From contig NW_026250434.1 in assembly GCF_024521635.1 (NCBI RefSeq), positions 124,001 through 188,000 on the forward strand: 64,000 nt of DNA, written 5' to 3'. Source of the DNA: Tricharina praecox. Lineage: Eukaryota. Shown here one piece after another: positions 36,855-49,134 of the stretch (position 1 is its first letter; each line of letters begins with the position of its first letter). The notes under the pieces were generated by a model, which ran no database searches, had not been told where the DNA came from, and was given only the letters and a program-made list of their open reading frames with translations. The position numbers and the translations under genes were made by a program.

Positions 36855-39193
36855 ATGGCCATGAGACGGGACGTCGGCTCGTGCCTTTTCCGACGATTCC
36901 ATGTTGAATCCATCCAGCGCCGGCGGATTCCAGCCATCACGAATGGCCTACGCCCTGCCTTCGGATGGAGGATGACCAGCTCCATCGGGCACAATAAGGA
37001 CGGCTTCGTGCAGTTGGGCCCGGACGAACAGCTTCTGTTCTTCAACAGTCTGTCATCCCCTCTGCCCCCCTAATGTGAATCGCCGCTAACTCGATAGATC
37101 TGCTTCCCCGGCCGTTGTGGGTCAGCACACTGATGCGGGTACCGGTCGAGAGGAAGCTCCAGCCGTTCCTTCAAAAGTACTGGTCGTGGCGCGCGCCGAC
37201 ACTCGAGCAGTTCCTGACGGAGGACTGCATACCGCCGTCGCTGCGCAACGGTATATTCTCGACGAAGGAGGTGATCCCGCGCGACCGGGATGGGGGGACG
37301 TTTGTGCGGTACTCGTCCACGGACGTGGCGGGGGCGCAGCGCGAAATCGACGCCCATCTGAAGAGGCATCCGGTCAAGGTCGGCTACCTCTTCAAGCAGG
37401 TGAAGGCGTTCCCGGTGCTGGGAAAGCCCTGGCTCGAGGACATGATGGACCACTTTCCAAGCAAGAAGCTCCGCGTGCAGTTCCTCGGCGGCGATGGCGG
37501 CTTCCTGAACGAGCACGTCATCTTCTCGCTGTTTCGCCAGTACGGCAAGATCAAGGATATCGCCCCGCCCTCCGCCGATCCGAAGTTCTTCTGGTTGCCA
37601 AAGTTCATCACCGTCCGTTTCCGGAATATTCGCGGCGCGACCGCGGCCAAGAATTGCATAGACGGCCACTTCGTCGACTGCGAGCACACGGGCAAGCAGG
37701 TGCAGCTGAGGGTTTCGTACGGGCCAAAGATGAGGATCCGATCCATCGAGGCCCAGTGGGCTATCGACTGGGCTCTCAAGAACCAACGACTGGCGCTCCT
37801 CGTAGTGGCCCTTACATGTCTCCTCGTGGTCGCCATCACCGACATGGTCATAGACGTGATCGCCGAGGACAAGATCGACTTGTACGAGACGACATCATCC
37901 GACGAGCCGGTCAAGATCGCAACACCTGCGATTGAGAGAGAGATAGAGGAGCTCAAATCGGCGCTCAAGACCTCTGCCGTTGGCGTCTTGGGATCCCCCC
38001 ACGGGAGGTTGAAGCTGATCAAGGACCACGTCTTGCGGGATCGAGTCATTCTCATAGTCGACTGCAAGCCCATTTTCGATAGTAGCAGTGAGAGAGCCTT
38101 TGTCGACGCATTCTCTCAGCAGGTTGGATACCGGCAGCTGTTTGCCACATTTAACAGGGGGTTCCAATTTGTGCTTCGTCAATTCTCGATATACACCGAG
38201 GAGGCCATCCAGACGCCAGAAAACGAGTTCGACGTAGTCCTAGAGGATCTGCGCGAACGGCTGAAAGCCAAGGCACTCAAATGCAAGGCTCCCGGTCAGA
38301 TTAATGAAGATTATCTGGTAAAAAATCCGGACGTCAGGCCGCTGGTAGTATTCGACAACTTTTCGCACAGGAGAGAAGAATACAACATTTTCCACGAGAA
38401 GATACTGAAATGGTACACATGATAAGAAATCCCCCCCTCCCCCCCGCGCGCCCCCAAAACCCAAAACCCCCCCCCCCAAAAAAAAAGACCATACAAAACT
38501 AACATGCCCATCCACCGCAGGACAACCGACTTGGTCACGGACCAGTATGGCGGCGTGATCCTCCTAAGCACCGACAAATCCTTCTCCAAACCCTTCCAGC
38601 ACGAACCCTTCCGCCTGATCCAACTAAGCGACGACATTTCGTTCCCGGGGAAAACCACCTATGAATCCTCAGCACCCGGAATCCTCGAGCGCTATATCCT
38701 CCCATCACGGGTGAACCACTCGTGGACATCCCCGCAAGCCTGGCACTGCATCCGGGGCCTATCCAGCGAAAACAGACTGAGCTACGACCGGGTGCTACTT
38801 CATGACCTATTCAGGGGCAACAGCGGTTCCGAGGCGTTGCTCAAGCTCGAGGAGGAAGGACTGATCACCATCATCAAGGATAAAAGCTCGGGGAGGCCGC
38901 GGGAGATCGCGCCCAGAACAGGGGTTCTCTTGGATGCGTTCGGGAAACTGGTGCAGGATGTGGAGCTCGCTGCGCAGATGGAGGTACGGACGCATGTTGC
39001 GTCGTGTGAGAGGGAGGTCGGAAATATTGTACGGTGGGAAGAGGAACTGCAAAGGCTAGCGGGATTGAAGAGGCAGCCCGAGGCGCGTGAGAAATATTTG
39101 CTGCAGAAAATCGAGAAGGCGCAGAAGAGGGTCTCGGAACACGATGCAAAGATTGAGGAGTTGACGAGGAGAACGTTGGCCGCGGATGCTTGA
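36855..39193 (+). CDS. YME2: Yme2/RNA12-like mitochondrial inner-membrane protein (RRM + TM + degenerate P-loop domain), diverged; introns approx. 37048-37096 and 38413-38520
   Basis: EVIPRDRDGGTFVRY, AFPVLGKPWLEDM..FPS, LFRQYGKIKDI (RRM), IVDCKPI, QVGYR, RPLVVFDNF, WTSPQAW and GRPREI.P, all Yme2-family features. Confidence 0.78.
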
Positions 39194-39608
39194 GAGAATA
39201 TGGGTGTATCTCGTAGGGTTGCTCTTCTCCCTCTGCTCTGGCTATGTTTTAGTACTTTATGGTGTTCCGGCTTCAGTTAGACTAAGTAGTGTATGCGTGG
39301 AGGCCAAAAATACGATATTCCAGCCCCTACACCAAGAAACCCATCGACACCAACTGTATACGGCCAGAACTATGATTGATAACTAAAGAACGAAATGAAT
39401 ATTAGGATGAAAGGTACTTGTACGAAGACGGTGAAAAGAAAAGATCGGCGAGTCGATATCGGCGACTCAGGCGGGATGTGGAAATAGCGATGAACTTCGG
39501 CAATGTTGAAGTGGAGTTCGTATTCCCATGGCTGAAGTGTGAATACCCCGAAGATACGTAAAACAAACAGCTACTTCAGCGTTGGTAGGATGTCCTTGGG
39601 CGGCACTC

Positions 39609-42600
39609 TCAGGCTGAAGTTAAATCGGGTTCGTCTGCCCAGATATCAACCTCCTCACCGCTGCTCAGAAGGTGGAGCGATGTACCCGCAAGGCCTGTCG
39701 ACTGGGACGCAAAGTATACAGGGCCTTCACCGCCGCCATTATCTAAAGTACCCCTTTCCTGTAAGAGGAGAGCCACAGCTCCATAGCCGCTCTCCGATGC
39801 CGCCTGAAGTGCCGTGTCATATCTTCCCCCCAGGCATTCACATCGGCGCCGCTGTCCAGCAAGAGCCGAACAATGTCGATGTCACCTCCAGCTGAGGCCG
39901 CCTGTAGTGCCGTGCCATATCTTCCCCCCTGGACATTGACATCGGCCCCGCTGTCCAGCAAGCGGGAGACCATTGGCCCTAGTCCACGCTGTGCCGCAGC
40001 GAGGAATGATGCATTAGGATCCCAATCCGGTCAGATAGATCGCTCACGCAACGACATTTGACCAATTCTTCAGCAAAGTCAAAAAGCTCGAAGACTATAG
40101 CAACATAAAGTGATGACCGCACACTACGGTCTTCCTCCTGGTACCAATTTCGCAGCATACGCGACACACTGTAAACCAAGAAATTGTTTTTACCGGGTTT
40201 CCGAAGCGCCAAGAAGGCACGCAATACATCCGGGTCCCTTTGATCTGTTTGTCTCACATGGTCCTGCCAGTATTTTACAGCGTACGAAAGTAGATTGTGT
40301 CCTCTCCCAATTCTCAACGTCTCTGCATTTTCGGAGATGTGAGAGCGGTCGATTTTACTATCGACTGGTTCGTTTTTGAGCTTGAATTCAAACGCCATGT
40401 ACTTTAAACAGCCAATTCCCAGTCGTCTGTGAGCCTCTATAGGTGATAGGCGCCAACCAGAGAGTGATTGATTGTGTGAACCGTGTTGGGGAGAGATGTC
40501 TGGCTGTGAAAGGAAATCTTTCGCTGACTGGTGTACCAGGTGGACAGTTTTGTCATCATCCACCGTGATCAACGGACCGAATATCATTCGAAGGACAGTT
40601 CTCAGATCCGATTCCATCTCTTCCTCCATCGAAGAAAGGGATGTGTCTTGGGGTCGTATAGCAACGGCTATAGTCAGTTCTTTCAGGGTTAAGGGCCGTG
40701 ACGCCCAAACCACCCATTGAAGAATGATATTCGCAGTCGGCTGGTCGACAGGCTCTACTTTGCGCAGGATATTCTCGTATAGGCCGGGGAGTGACCGCGG
40801 AAGAGACTTCAGTTTCTCTTGGATGACTCGAGACTTTGTCGTGCATGAGCGTCTGAGGTCGTCAAGAACGAGAGAAACCCAAAGGAACATTCCCTTTGCA
40901 CCGTCGATAAGAGCATGTTCTATCTCCCCCGCCATTTTAGAAAATTGTGGCAACTTTTCAACTTCAGCAACCACAAATGCCTTGATATCATGGTGCAGAA
41001 TCTCGACATCAAGACGTATCTCGACAGCAACAGGTAAATGCGAAGTGATCACCACATGTGGGCGGCGGGTAAAAAGGACTTTGGCCCTTTCTCCGACGCA
41101 GGTCCCGTCGCGTAGCAGACGGCGTAGCTGTTCGAGAAATAGTAATCTCGAATTATCCTCACACTCATCTGCGAGCGATTAATATAAGCCTCGTTCGACG
41201 TGCAAAATCAAGAGTAGCATACCTAGGGCATCGATGACGAGACATAGACGCTTGATCCTGTTGTCCCTGACGATTCTTTCAAAGACACGCCACAGCATGT
41301 GTAAATTCCATTGGCCGAATCTTCCGTTCTTGCGCTCCGGCTCGAAATGTACGAGGGCTTCTGGCTGACGCTGCAATATCTGGACTAGAATCGCCACCAG
41401 TATGGCATTGGCCGTCCTTAGCCGGTCATCCTTATCGTCGCGGAAGAAGAATGCCACCACATGGTCTTTCCCTAAAGTAACGGCGAGTTCTTTGGATAGT
41501 ACTGATACAAGAACACTCTTCCCGTAGCCTGGTCCTCCCGAAACCTAGAGAATTGGCTGTTCGTCTGCCTGCGTCCAACGTTGGTAACGCTCGTCGTTAA
41601 GGATCCATTCGCAGGTATTTTCTTCTCGTTTAAGACAGAGGTCGTCACGGCGGCTTTCGTAGTCCAATCCATTCAAACTCTTCAGGCAATTTCTTGCTTC
41701 GTCCGTAAGCTGTCGATCGACGGTTTTTTTGCGGGCATCTGCACGAAAAATCATTCTCGGTGAGCAAAACAAAAAACATGCAACACAACTGGAGGGTTTC
41801 CCGTGTAGCTATAACAGCATGATAGAACATGACTACGAGACGAGGATATGAGGGACGGAATTTTTGAATAGAAATTCCGTTAGAAGGGATGGCCTCCTAT
41901 ATATATATATAAAAAAAGCAAATATTGGAAGCTTCAGGGATTCGAGGTGTTTTTGCTATGAGCCACTTTTCTTCTCCGCCCCTAGCCCACGGGAGGTCTC
42001 CAACTGTCGTTCGAATAGAAGTCATTGCTTACCAGACATTTCCACGATCTCGTCCCGATATCCTTTGATATGGGCCACCACTGCTCTGTAGGCGATGTCC
42101 AAAGGGTCGAGAAACTTGACCATATCGGTATGGTTACTTTCGATAGGAACACGGTGCTCGTTGGGAAGATACAACAAAGCAGAGAACTCTCGAACCATCT
42201 CTACAAATTCTCCGTTCCTTTCGAGTGTTTTCGTTGAGGACTACCGCTCGTCAGCCACAGCCATCGAAACCACGGGAATCCGATCCGTTACGAACCATTC
42301 CGACAGCTCTTGTTTTAACAGTCTCGTAGAAGCTTACGACTTTACACCGATTCCAGACGTCGACAAGTCATTCGGCTTGCGTCTGGAGGAATTCCGAGCC
42401 CTCGCGCAGCTGGCGCAACAGGCCCGATGAGGGTGACTCGGCGCCGGTCATGCCCTCCACCAGGACTTCTAGTTCGGTTGTGCGAAGGCCTTAATGTGGG
42501 GTCCCGAAGAACAGTATGGCGCATGTTGCTTCCAAAAGGTCGCTGTGGATGATTTGTTCTATGGACTGCAATAGTGCCTTAAGTTTACGGTGGTGGGATC

Positions 42601-43559
42601 AGCAATGTGTCTCATCAGTGCATGGTTCGTTGGACCGCGCGACTTACCTGCAATATGAGCACTCCTCCAAGCCCATGCCCAAGAAAGATGATTGAGCGAA
42701 TCTTCTCCTAGGATGGAAATAAATGTCAGCACTGACTGTTTGGAAGGGAATAGTCAACCGATTATCTCTCGAGAAGACCTCGCGTCCTTCAACAAGGAAA
42801 CGAGCTTCCTTTGGTGATCAAGCATGCTGCCCTTCACTGTATTCGGTCCCTCGAGAGTAGTATTGTAGCCATACGTCATGATGCGGAGATCCTTGACATC
42901 GCGTGGGAGAAAGTCTTGGAGCCACATGCGGTTGCTGCTGCGATTCCTCCAAGATCCGAAAGCATTTCCCGCCAGGCCGGTGACCGCAACGACACTGCAA
43001 GGCATTAGCTGACCGTCGCCACCGGTGACGGGAACGAAACGACGTACTCGGCGACAATGGATCCTTCAGGATTATTCAGGGGCGTCAGGCTGTAGAAGTG
43101 GCTATCGATTACGAGGTCCGAATCGGGTTGTTGAACAGAATTGGATTCGCCCGGGCGTATCCGGCGGAAGTATTCGGGGCAGTTCTTCACATTCAGCAAC
43201 GCTACTCTGTCTGGCCCGGAGCACGCTGGATACAGCGACAATCGACTGCCATCGGCGGCTAAGTTTCCAAGGGACGCGTCAAGCTTTCCGAGATAACCGA
43301 GTAGATCATCCTCACTCCACTCCGACGGGACGTTCGATATCCGGAAGCACTTCCACTTGATGGCGGCAGATTCTGACCCGCTTTGGGGAAGACAGCGTCG
43401 CTTGACGTCGGAATCCACGCTCGATTCGACTTCTGTATCAGTTCTCCTCTTTACTCCGCCAACACAACCATCGGTCGCGGGGCTCTCGGCGCCAGCAGCG
43501 GAACCCCCATCGCCGACGATGGGGTCCGAGGCGGGTGGTATGTGATCGATCTTGGCCAT
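39609..43559 (-). pseudogene. Fungal NLR-like gene: SesB-like alpha/beta hydrolase - NACHT - ankyrin repeats, pseudogenised
   Basis: VVAVTGLAGNAFGSW, MWLQDFLPRD..RIMTYGY, IIFLGHGLGG, FFGTPH, Walker A GGPGYGKS, Walker B LVIDALDEC, GMFLWV and GADVN ankyrin repeats. In-frame stops at 42491-93, 42368-70 and 41545-47, and frameshifts near 40035 and 39825. Confidence 0.9.
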
Positions 43560-43793
43560 GGCGAGTGGTAGTATGTAGCTAGAAAGGATGCGTATTGGCG
43601 TGATGGAGGTCAGTGAAGACAGCTAAAGCGGAGTCGTGTCCAGACTCCAGTATAAATCAGCTCTCGCGCAGAAGGCTGAGTCGACAGCACTGCACCCTTT
43701 CCATTAACCGGTAGTTATTGGGTAGCTGTAGATCATGATCGGTTGCTGTGGGCCCACAAGGGTCGTTGATTTCTACCCTATGCGGAACCACCT

Positions 43794-44596
43794 CAGCCTC
43801 AGCCACACATTAAAAATAATTAAAAAATAAAATAAAAAATATTGGCGTCGTGGAAAAACGGTGAGCGAAAGCTCACGGCACGCGCGACTCTACTCTACTG
43901 TACTCTCACCACACAACAAACCCGCACCACCCAACAAACTCTCACCAGATACACGAACTTTTGTCCTCGTTCCTACCTACAACAAACACGATACCATCTA
44001 TTGCTGCCACTACTTCATCATGATTTCTGCCAAGATTCCTACTCCCCAGAACGCTGATCTGGTGCGACAAATTGTTTAATCTCCACGCGCCTGTTCTTCT
44101 GACGAAGGAAGAACACGACGCGTACTGGCCACTCGTAAGTACAGTGTACACCAAACTCAACGGTTGCAAACACGGAGAAACGGCGAAGTTACAGTAACGG
44201 CAGCCTGGACTCTGTCAGGCCCGAATCAAAGTTACGCGTATCATACGGTGGACAAACCGATCACTGTGACGGGGATCGTTCTTCAGCTACGCGAACTAGG
44301 GGAACGTCTTAACCAACAGCCTCATGCTGTCCATGATATGATAGAAGAAGACCGTTTTGTAGACGCAGAACACCAGGAGATTGTAGAAAATTTGATGGAC
44401 TCTGTAAACCAGGTGGTGGAGCCAGGAGAGAACATCAATTTTTTTTTGTTGCGTGACCACAATGATCTTTCCTACCACCGCCGCGACGGTTTTTTGTCAG
44501 AGAAAGAACATCATTATTTTTTTCCAGCGCGACGACTCGCACACGGCGTGCGCCGTTCCACGATGCCAAAACTTTTTTAATGTGTGGCTGTGGCTG
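43794..44596 (+). mobile_element. Non-autonomous long-TIR DNA element (about 800 bp) with degenerate coding remnant, possibly Mutator-like
   Basis: Left end CAGCCTCAGCCACACATTAAAAA...TTGGCGTCGTGGAA..CGG matches the reverse complement of the right end, CAGCCACAGCCACACATTAAAAA..TTGGCATCGTGGAACGG. The interior has frameshifted ORF pieces. No TSD is recognisable. Confidence 0.7.
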
Positions 44597-45898
44597 GAGT
44601 AGTGTGGAGTAATTGCCGAATACAGCACCACAGGAACCTATCCCCCGCCATGCCGTTTCTTTTCTTTGATTTTTCTTCCACTGCCCTGCGAACATCTGAA
44701 TCCATTTTAGCACTGCCCTCTGTTATAGTCTAGCAAGATAGCTACTTACTCTAAATGCTCCTAAACTTTGCCGCATCTTGATTGCGAAGATTCGACCGAA
44801 CAGCTCGGTACTCTAGTCGAGGCGATGTGGCGCTGTATGGTCCATGCGGTGGCTGAAGGCACGTGGCGAGAAGTGGCCTATGTAATACAGCGGTGCGGCA
44901 TTGGGCTTGGGTTCGGACCTGTGAGGCATATTGGCGTCTTGGCGACCGTCCGGACCTAGAGCTCGGAGGAGAGCTCTTCCTTTCTTCTCTTGTTCACGAT
45001 CATCATCGTTTTCTTCTTCTTCTTGTTTGTCAGACAACTCAATTGCATATAACCTCTCACGTTTTCCTTTCCTCAAGCCTTCTCCACGTGCTTCTCTATC
45101 TCTCTCTCGTTCCCTTCCCATTCTCCCGACGGTTCTTCATCATCATCATCTCTCTCACTCGGTAGCTCCACATGCCCTCAAGCCTTGGCTCGTGCCCCCG
45201 GGAGCCAGATTCCTCACACCGTACCTACATGCTTCCCTTTGGGGAATCACTCATGGCTGGGCCCGCAGTAACAGTGTCAGGTGGCGACCGCAATTCTCAC
45301 AAACTTTATACCTCGTCAGTAGCACCACCACCCTTTCTTCATTCTTCCATCCGGCCTCAGTGACGTCCTTCACAACCTCACACGGTCACACTCCCGGAGG
45401 GGGAGCGGACGGAAGATTGTCCCTCGCTTCTCACTGAAGATCGACGCTCAATTCTAGGTACTTTAAGTGCTTATTTACCTATATACTCGCTGGCCCGTGT
45501 CTTTGCCCAACAAATACCGGTAGGGTAGTTCAAATGAGCTGAAATCCGTGGGGAGAGGGGGCGCCTGGACTCCACTGCGCCGATATGAATCGCTACGAGC
45601 GGACAACTACCTAGGTACCCTATCTCATAGTCTCAGGAGTACCTAAATACCTACCTAGCCTTCAGGCCGAAAACACTCATAGCAGCATCGTGAGTTGCCG
45701 TTTATCAAGGTGGAATCTGGATGGTCTTGCAACTGTAACATGGTCCTCCATCGACGCCCAAACCCCCTCCCTTTCTCACAAGTGTTACAGTCCGAACGAG
45801 CAGCTCTCAACTCAAATTCAGCCTATAACTAGTAGGTATGATACTGCCTCTCCAACAAGCAGGATGGGCGGGGTTCGTGGTCCGGCAGGGGTGGATTG

Positions 45899-46156
45899 CA
45901 GTATTCTACATGGTCCGCTCCAGTCCGTCCGGACCCATGGACGGGACTGGACTACATACATCCAGTCCGTCCAGAGGTGTCTGTCGGACGGACTAGTCCA
46001 CCAGTAAGGCCGGACGGGACCGACTGCAGTCCACTGCAGTCCAACCCCGTCCAGAAAATTAGCGGACGGGACGGACTATTTTTACCCCGTCCCCAAAAAG
46101 GCACGGACGGGGCTGGATCTTGGCAGTCCGTCCCGTCCGGACTATAGAGAACACTG
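45899..46156 (-). mobile_element. hAT-type MITE (copy C, 258 bp), inverted relative to copy B
   Basis: TIRs CAGTATTCTACATGGTCC and GGACTATAGAGAACACTG. Its reverse complement aligns to copy B except for B's 140-nt core. No TSD. Confidence 0.9.
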
Positions 46157-49134
46157 GCCTCGTCAGCTGCAAGCCTTCCAGCCCCCCAGCCCAGTCCGGC
46201 GACGGCGACGACTACTGATTGTCGCATCCTCTGTCTGAGACTCTGAGGCCCGGCCTTCCTCCAGTCGTCTACAAGAGCTCGTTATCCTTTATGTATAAGC
46301 AGTCTTCGTCCTACCTATTCTTCCTCGTATCAATACAATCAAGTCAAGTCAAGTTCTTCTTTCAATTTTCAATTTTCAAGACACTTGGCCCGTGAGCACT
46401 TGCCTTATGTTTTCACTTTGAAGGCTATGGATGATTCTACAGAAATTTAAGGTCTATGTTCACTGGTTTATGTCACGGTGGTGAGTACGTATCGGCCGCC
46501 GTTAGTAGTAGACAGCAACAAGCATCAAGAACCGAGTGATTCCCCGTCCGTTTTATCGTGATTCGTCGCTCACGGAGACGGTGGTCGGATTCACGATCAC
46601 TCACCGAGACCATCGCTACTCTACTCTACTCTAGGTACTCTACATAGGGCTCCTGTGGAGTTCCTGTGAGGTTGCCCTTCCGTCTCCCGCGTACTCTAGA
46701 AACCAGACTGGCCGGGAGTCGTGACGGTGGGGTCGTGACGGTGGGGTCCTTGCCCGCGCGGCGTGGCGTGGCGCTAAACCGAAAGCCTCTAAGCTCGTTC
46801 GCTTGCTTTGAACGTGATAATACCTGGACTCATAGAGTAGAGTAGTACCTAGTAGTTATGCAGGAAAGAAAGAAGAAAAAGCAGAAGAAAAAACTCGGGC
46901 GTCTATGTGCATTGGCGTTCGCATGGGCACTGGGAGTCTTCTCGTGGCCGACCACTGCATACGTACTCCAGAGTACCAATATCAAGATCGAGAGGTGCAC
47001 GGGGAGAATAGAGATGCGTTGTTCGGACTTTGCAAAACTGCAAAAATAAACATCGGCGCTTCTTCCAGTGAGCACTGAGCAGAGTGGAGGGGAGAAAAGC
47101 AGAGTTGTCAGTGTTCGGGCTGGCCAGTTTGTCAGCGTCGTGGACCACGTTCTCGCTGAGAAACAACAAAGATCTCGACTTGGCCTGGCCTAGACGGGCA
47201 AGCGTCACTCTTTGAGGCTGTAGATGGGTGGTATGATACATAGCTTCTAGTTAACCGACACCGGCACGCAGTTACGCAGTTACGCAGTTACGTATGCTGT
47301 TACAACTTACTCATCGCACCGCTTCCGATACACACCTACATACCATTATCGGCACCGTCAGGGACTCATACGTAGCCACGAGCCGTGGCAAGAATGGGCA
47401 AAGATCGCAGTGGTTGGCTGGCCGAAAGCCCGACTCTGTTTGAGGCCGCTCTGTGACGGCGGAATGGGGCGGGAGGGGGAGAGGGGGGCGTAATTTTACG
47501 TCCGACTTGCTGGTGATCAATCATCTTCCGCGGACCAGCAGAGTTTCGGCCACGCCAAAACGTCGCAACCCTTGGCTGGTCAGTGGTCTCTCTCGATCAT
47601 GGGCGGTCTCGATCATGGACGGGCTCTATGTCTGGCCGACCCCGGCACTCGCCCGCCACCAAGACGAACGCACCAAAGAGGAAACCAACAGGCAACGAAC
47701 GTAAGGCAGCCATCCAGCCAAAGTCGAGTGCAACCGCCGCCGAGCGGAGTGGCCGCGCAACGAACGAGATCGGCCATCCACCCTTCACAGCCACAATGGT
47801 CAGCTGTGCGCGCGACGGTTCCGGACATCTGGAATGGCAGGTTGATGTGCAGAGTAGAGTATAGGACCTACATCACATACCGTACCGAACGACTTCAAGC
47901 TGCAAGGCAGCTCTGTGGGTCAGGAACGAGGGAGAGGAAGCGAAGATGGCGTTGAAACACAGGAGGCATCTGGGGGGCGGGCTAGTTTGTGCACTAGTAA
48001 GCGCCCGGGCTGGAGACGGACGGATGGTTGGGCACCATGCGTCGCCAATCGCTCACCCCTGGCGTTCATGGTTAGTTGGCCCCCACTCCACGCTCGCCGA
48101 TAACTAGAGTCGCTATCGACTTACTTATAGTGGTTAACCCCATCCATCTCCCGCCCATCGCGGACCGGAACAGTTTGCGATGGAGGCGACCGGAGGGCGA
48201 GGAGGACAAAGAGGAGTTGGGACGGGCCAATGACGATGGGAGACCAGATGCATAGAGTAGGCACCCGAGTGGCAGTCTCAGAGCGGACAGGTCGCAGGTG
48301 CATAACTAGAGTGAAGTTGAGTGGAGTAGAGATACAACGACGGTATGCGAACCGATGTAGCCATATGCATGGAGTGGGCATGGCGCCGCGGGCTGCCCTT
48401 CTTCTTCTTCTTGTTCCTCTTCTTCTTCGTCTTCATCTTCTTCGTATTCTTCAGCTTGTGTCCCCTCCAGAGTACATATCCGCTTTCGTCCGCCCGTCCT
48501 TCCCCTCTCCTCGTCTTCGTCGTTTGCTCATCTACGGCAATCCATCCGATCCTCTCGTCGAACCTCACGCTGCAGAATCCTTCACCGCCTTCTGGAAACC
48601 GTCCCCCGTCGTACGCTGTGACACTCATCGAACCCTGTCGCTGGAACCTGCTGGACTGGTAAAACCCTACGCAACGTGCTCAAAGTCGTACCTTACGCGC
48701 TGCTGCTGCTGCTGCTGGATCCTGAGCATCCCTCGCCGTCCCCCACGTTCGGACATACATAAGCGCTGCGCCCCCAGCTCGCTGTCAGTTTCGCAGACCC
48801 GTACATTCACCGTCATCTCTTGGGAAGAGAGAGTGAAACAGAATCCAACAGGTGGGTCCCTATTCCTCCTATGTCATTGTTCGCTTGTGGTATCAAGAAG
48901 AAAACCCCTCCCTGGTCGGTGTATCTTTGCGGTATGTGTACAAGGTAGTAGATGCTGCCTGTGCCTCACCCAGTAGCCTGGTTTGCCGGGCTACAGCTGC
49001 AGTACATATACCAACGACTGCACCCTCCTGCTGCTCGCGGGCCTTTCTCCCACAAAAGGCGATACCGAAGTGGAATACGGAAAAACGAACTCTTGCTGAC
49101 CGACGACGTTGACCACGAAGTCTAGATTTCAACC

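Noticed and set aside
7609..39193. Apparent clustering of mitochondrial genes (TOM22, uS11m, FZO1, YME2-like)
   Set aside because: They are interspersed with unrelated genes, and the density is plausible by chance.
41545..41547. TAG at a conserved Trp could be a stop corrected by sexual-stage A-to-I mRNA editing (known in several filamentous ascomycetes)
   Set aside because: The same gene has two more stops and two frameshifts that editing cannot repair, so pseudogenisation is the simpler explanation.
46903..48976. ORFs of 100-250 aa upstream of the PLAC8 gene
   Set aside because: No recognisable motifs or codon bias; likely promoter/UTR or decayed repeat sequence.
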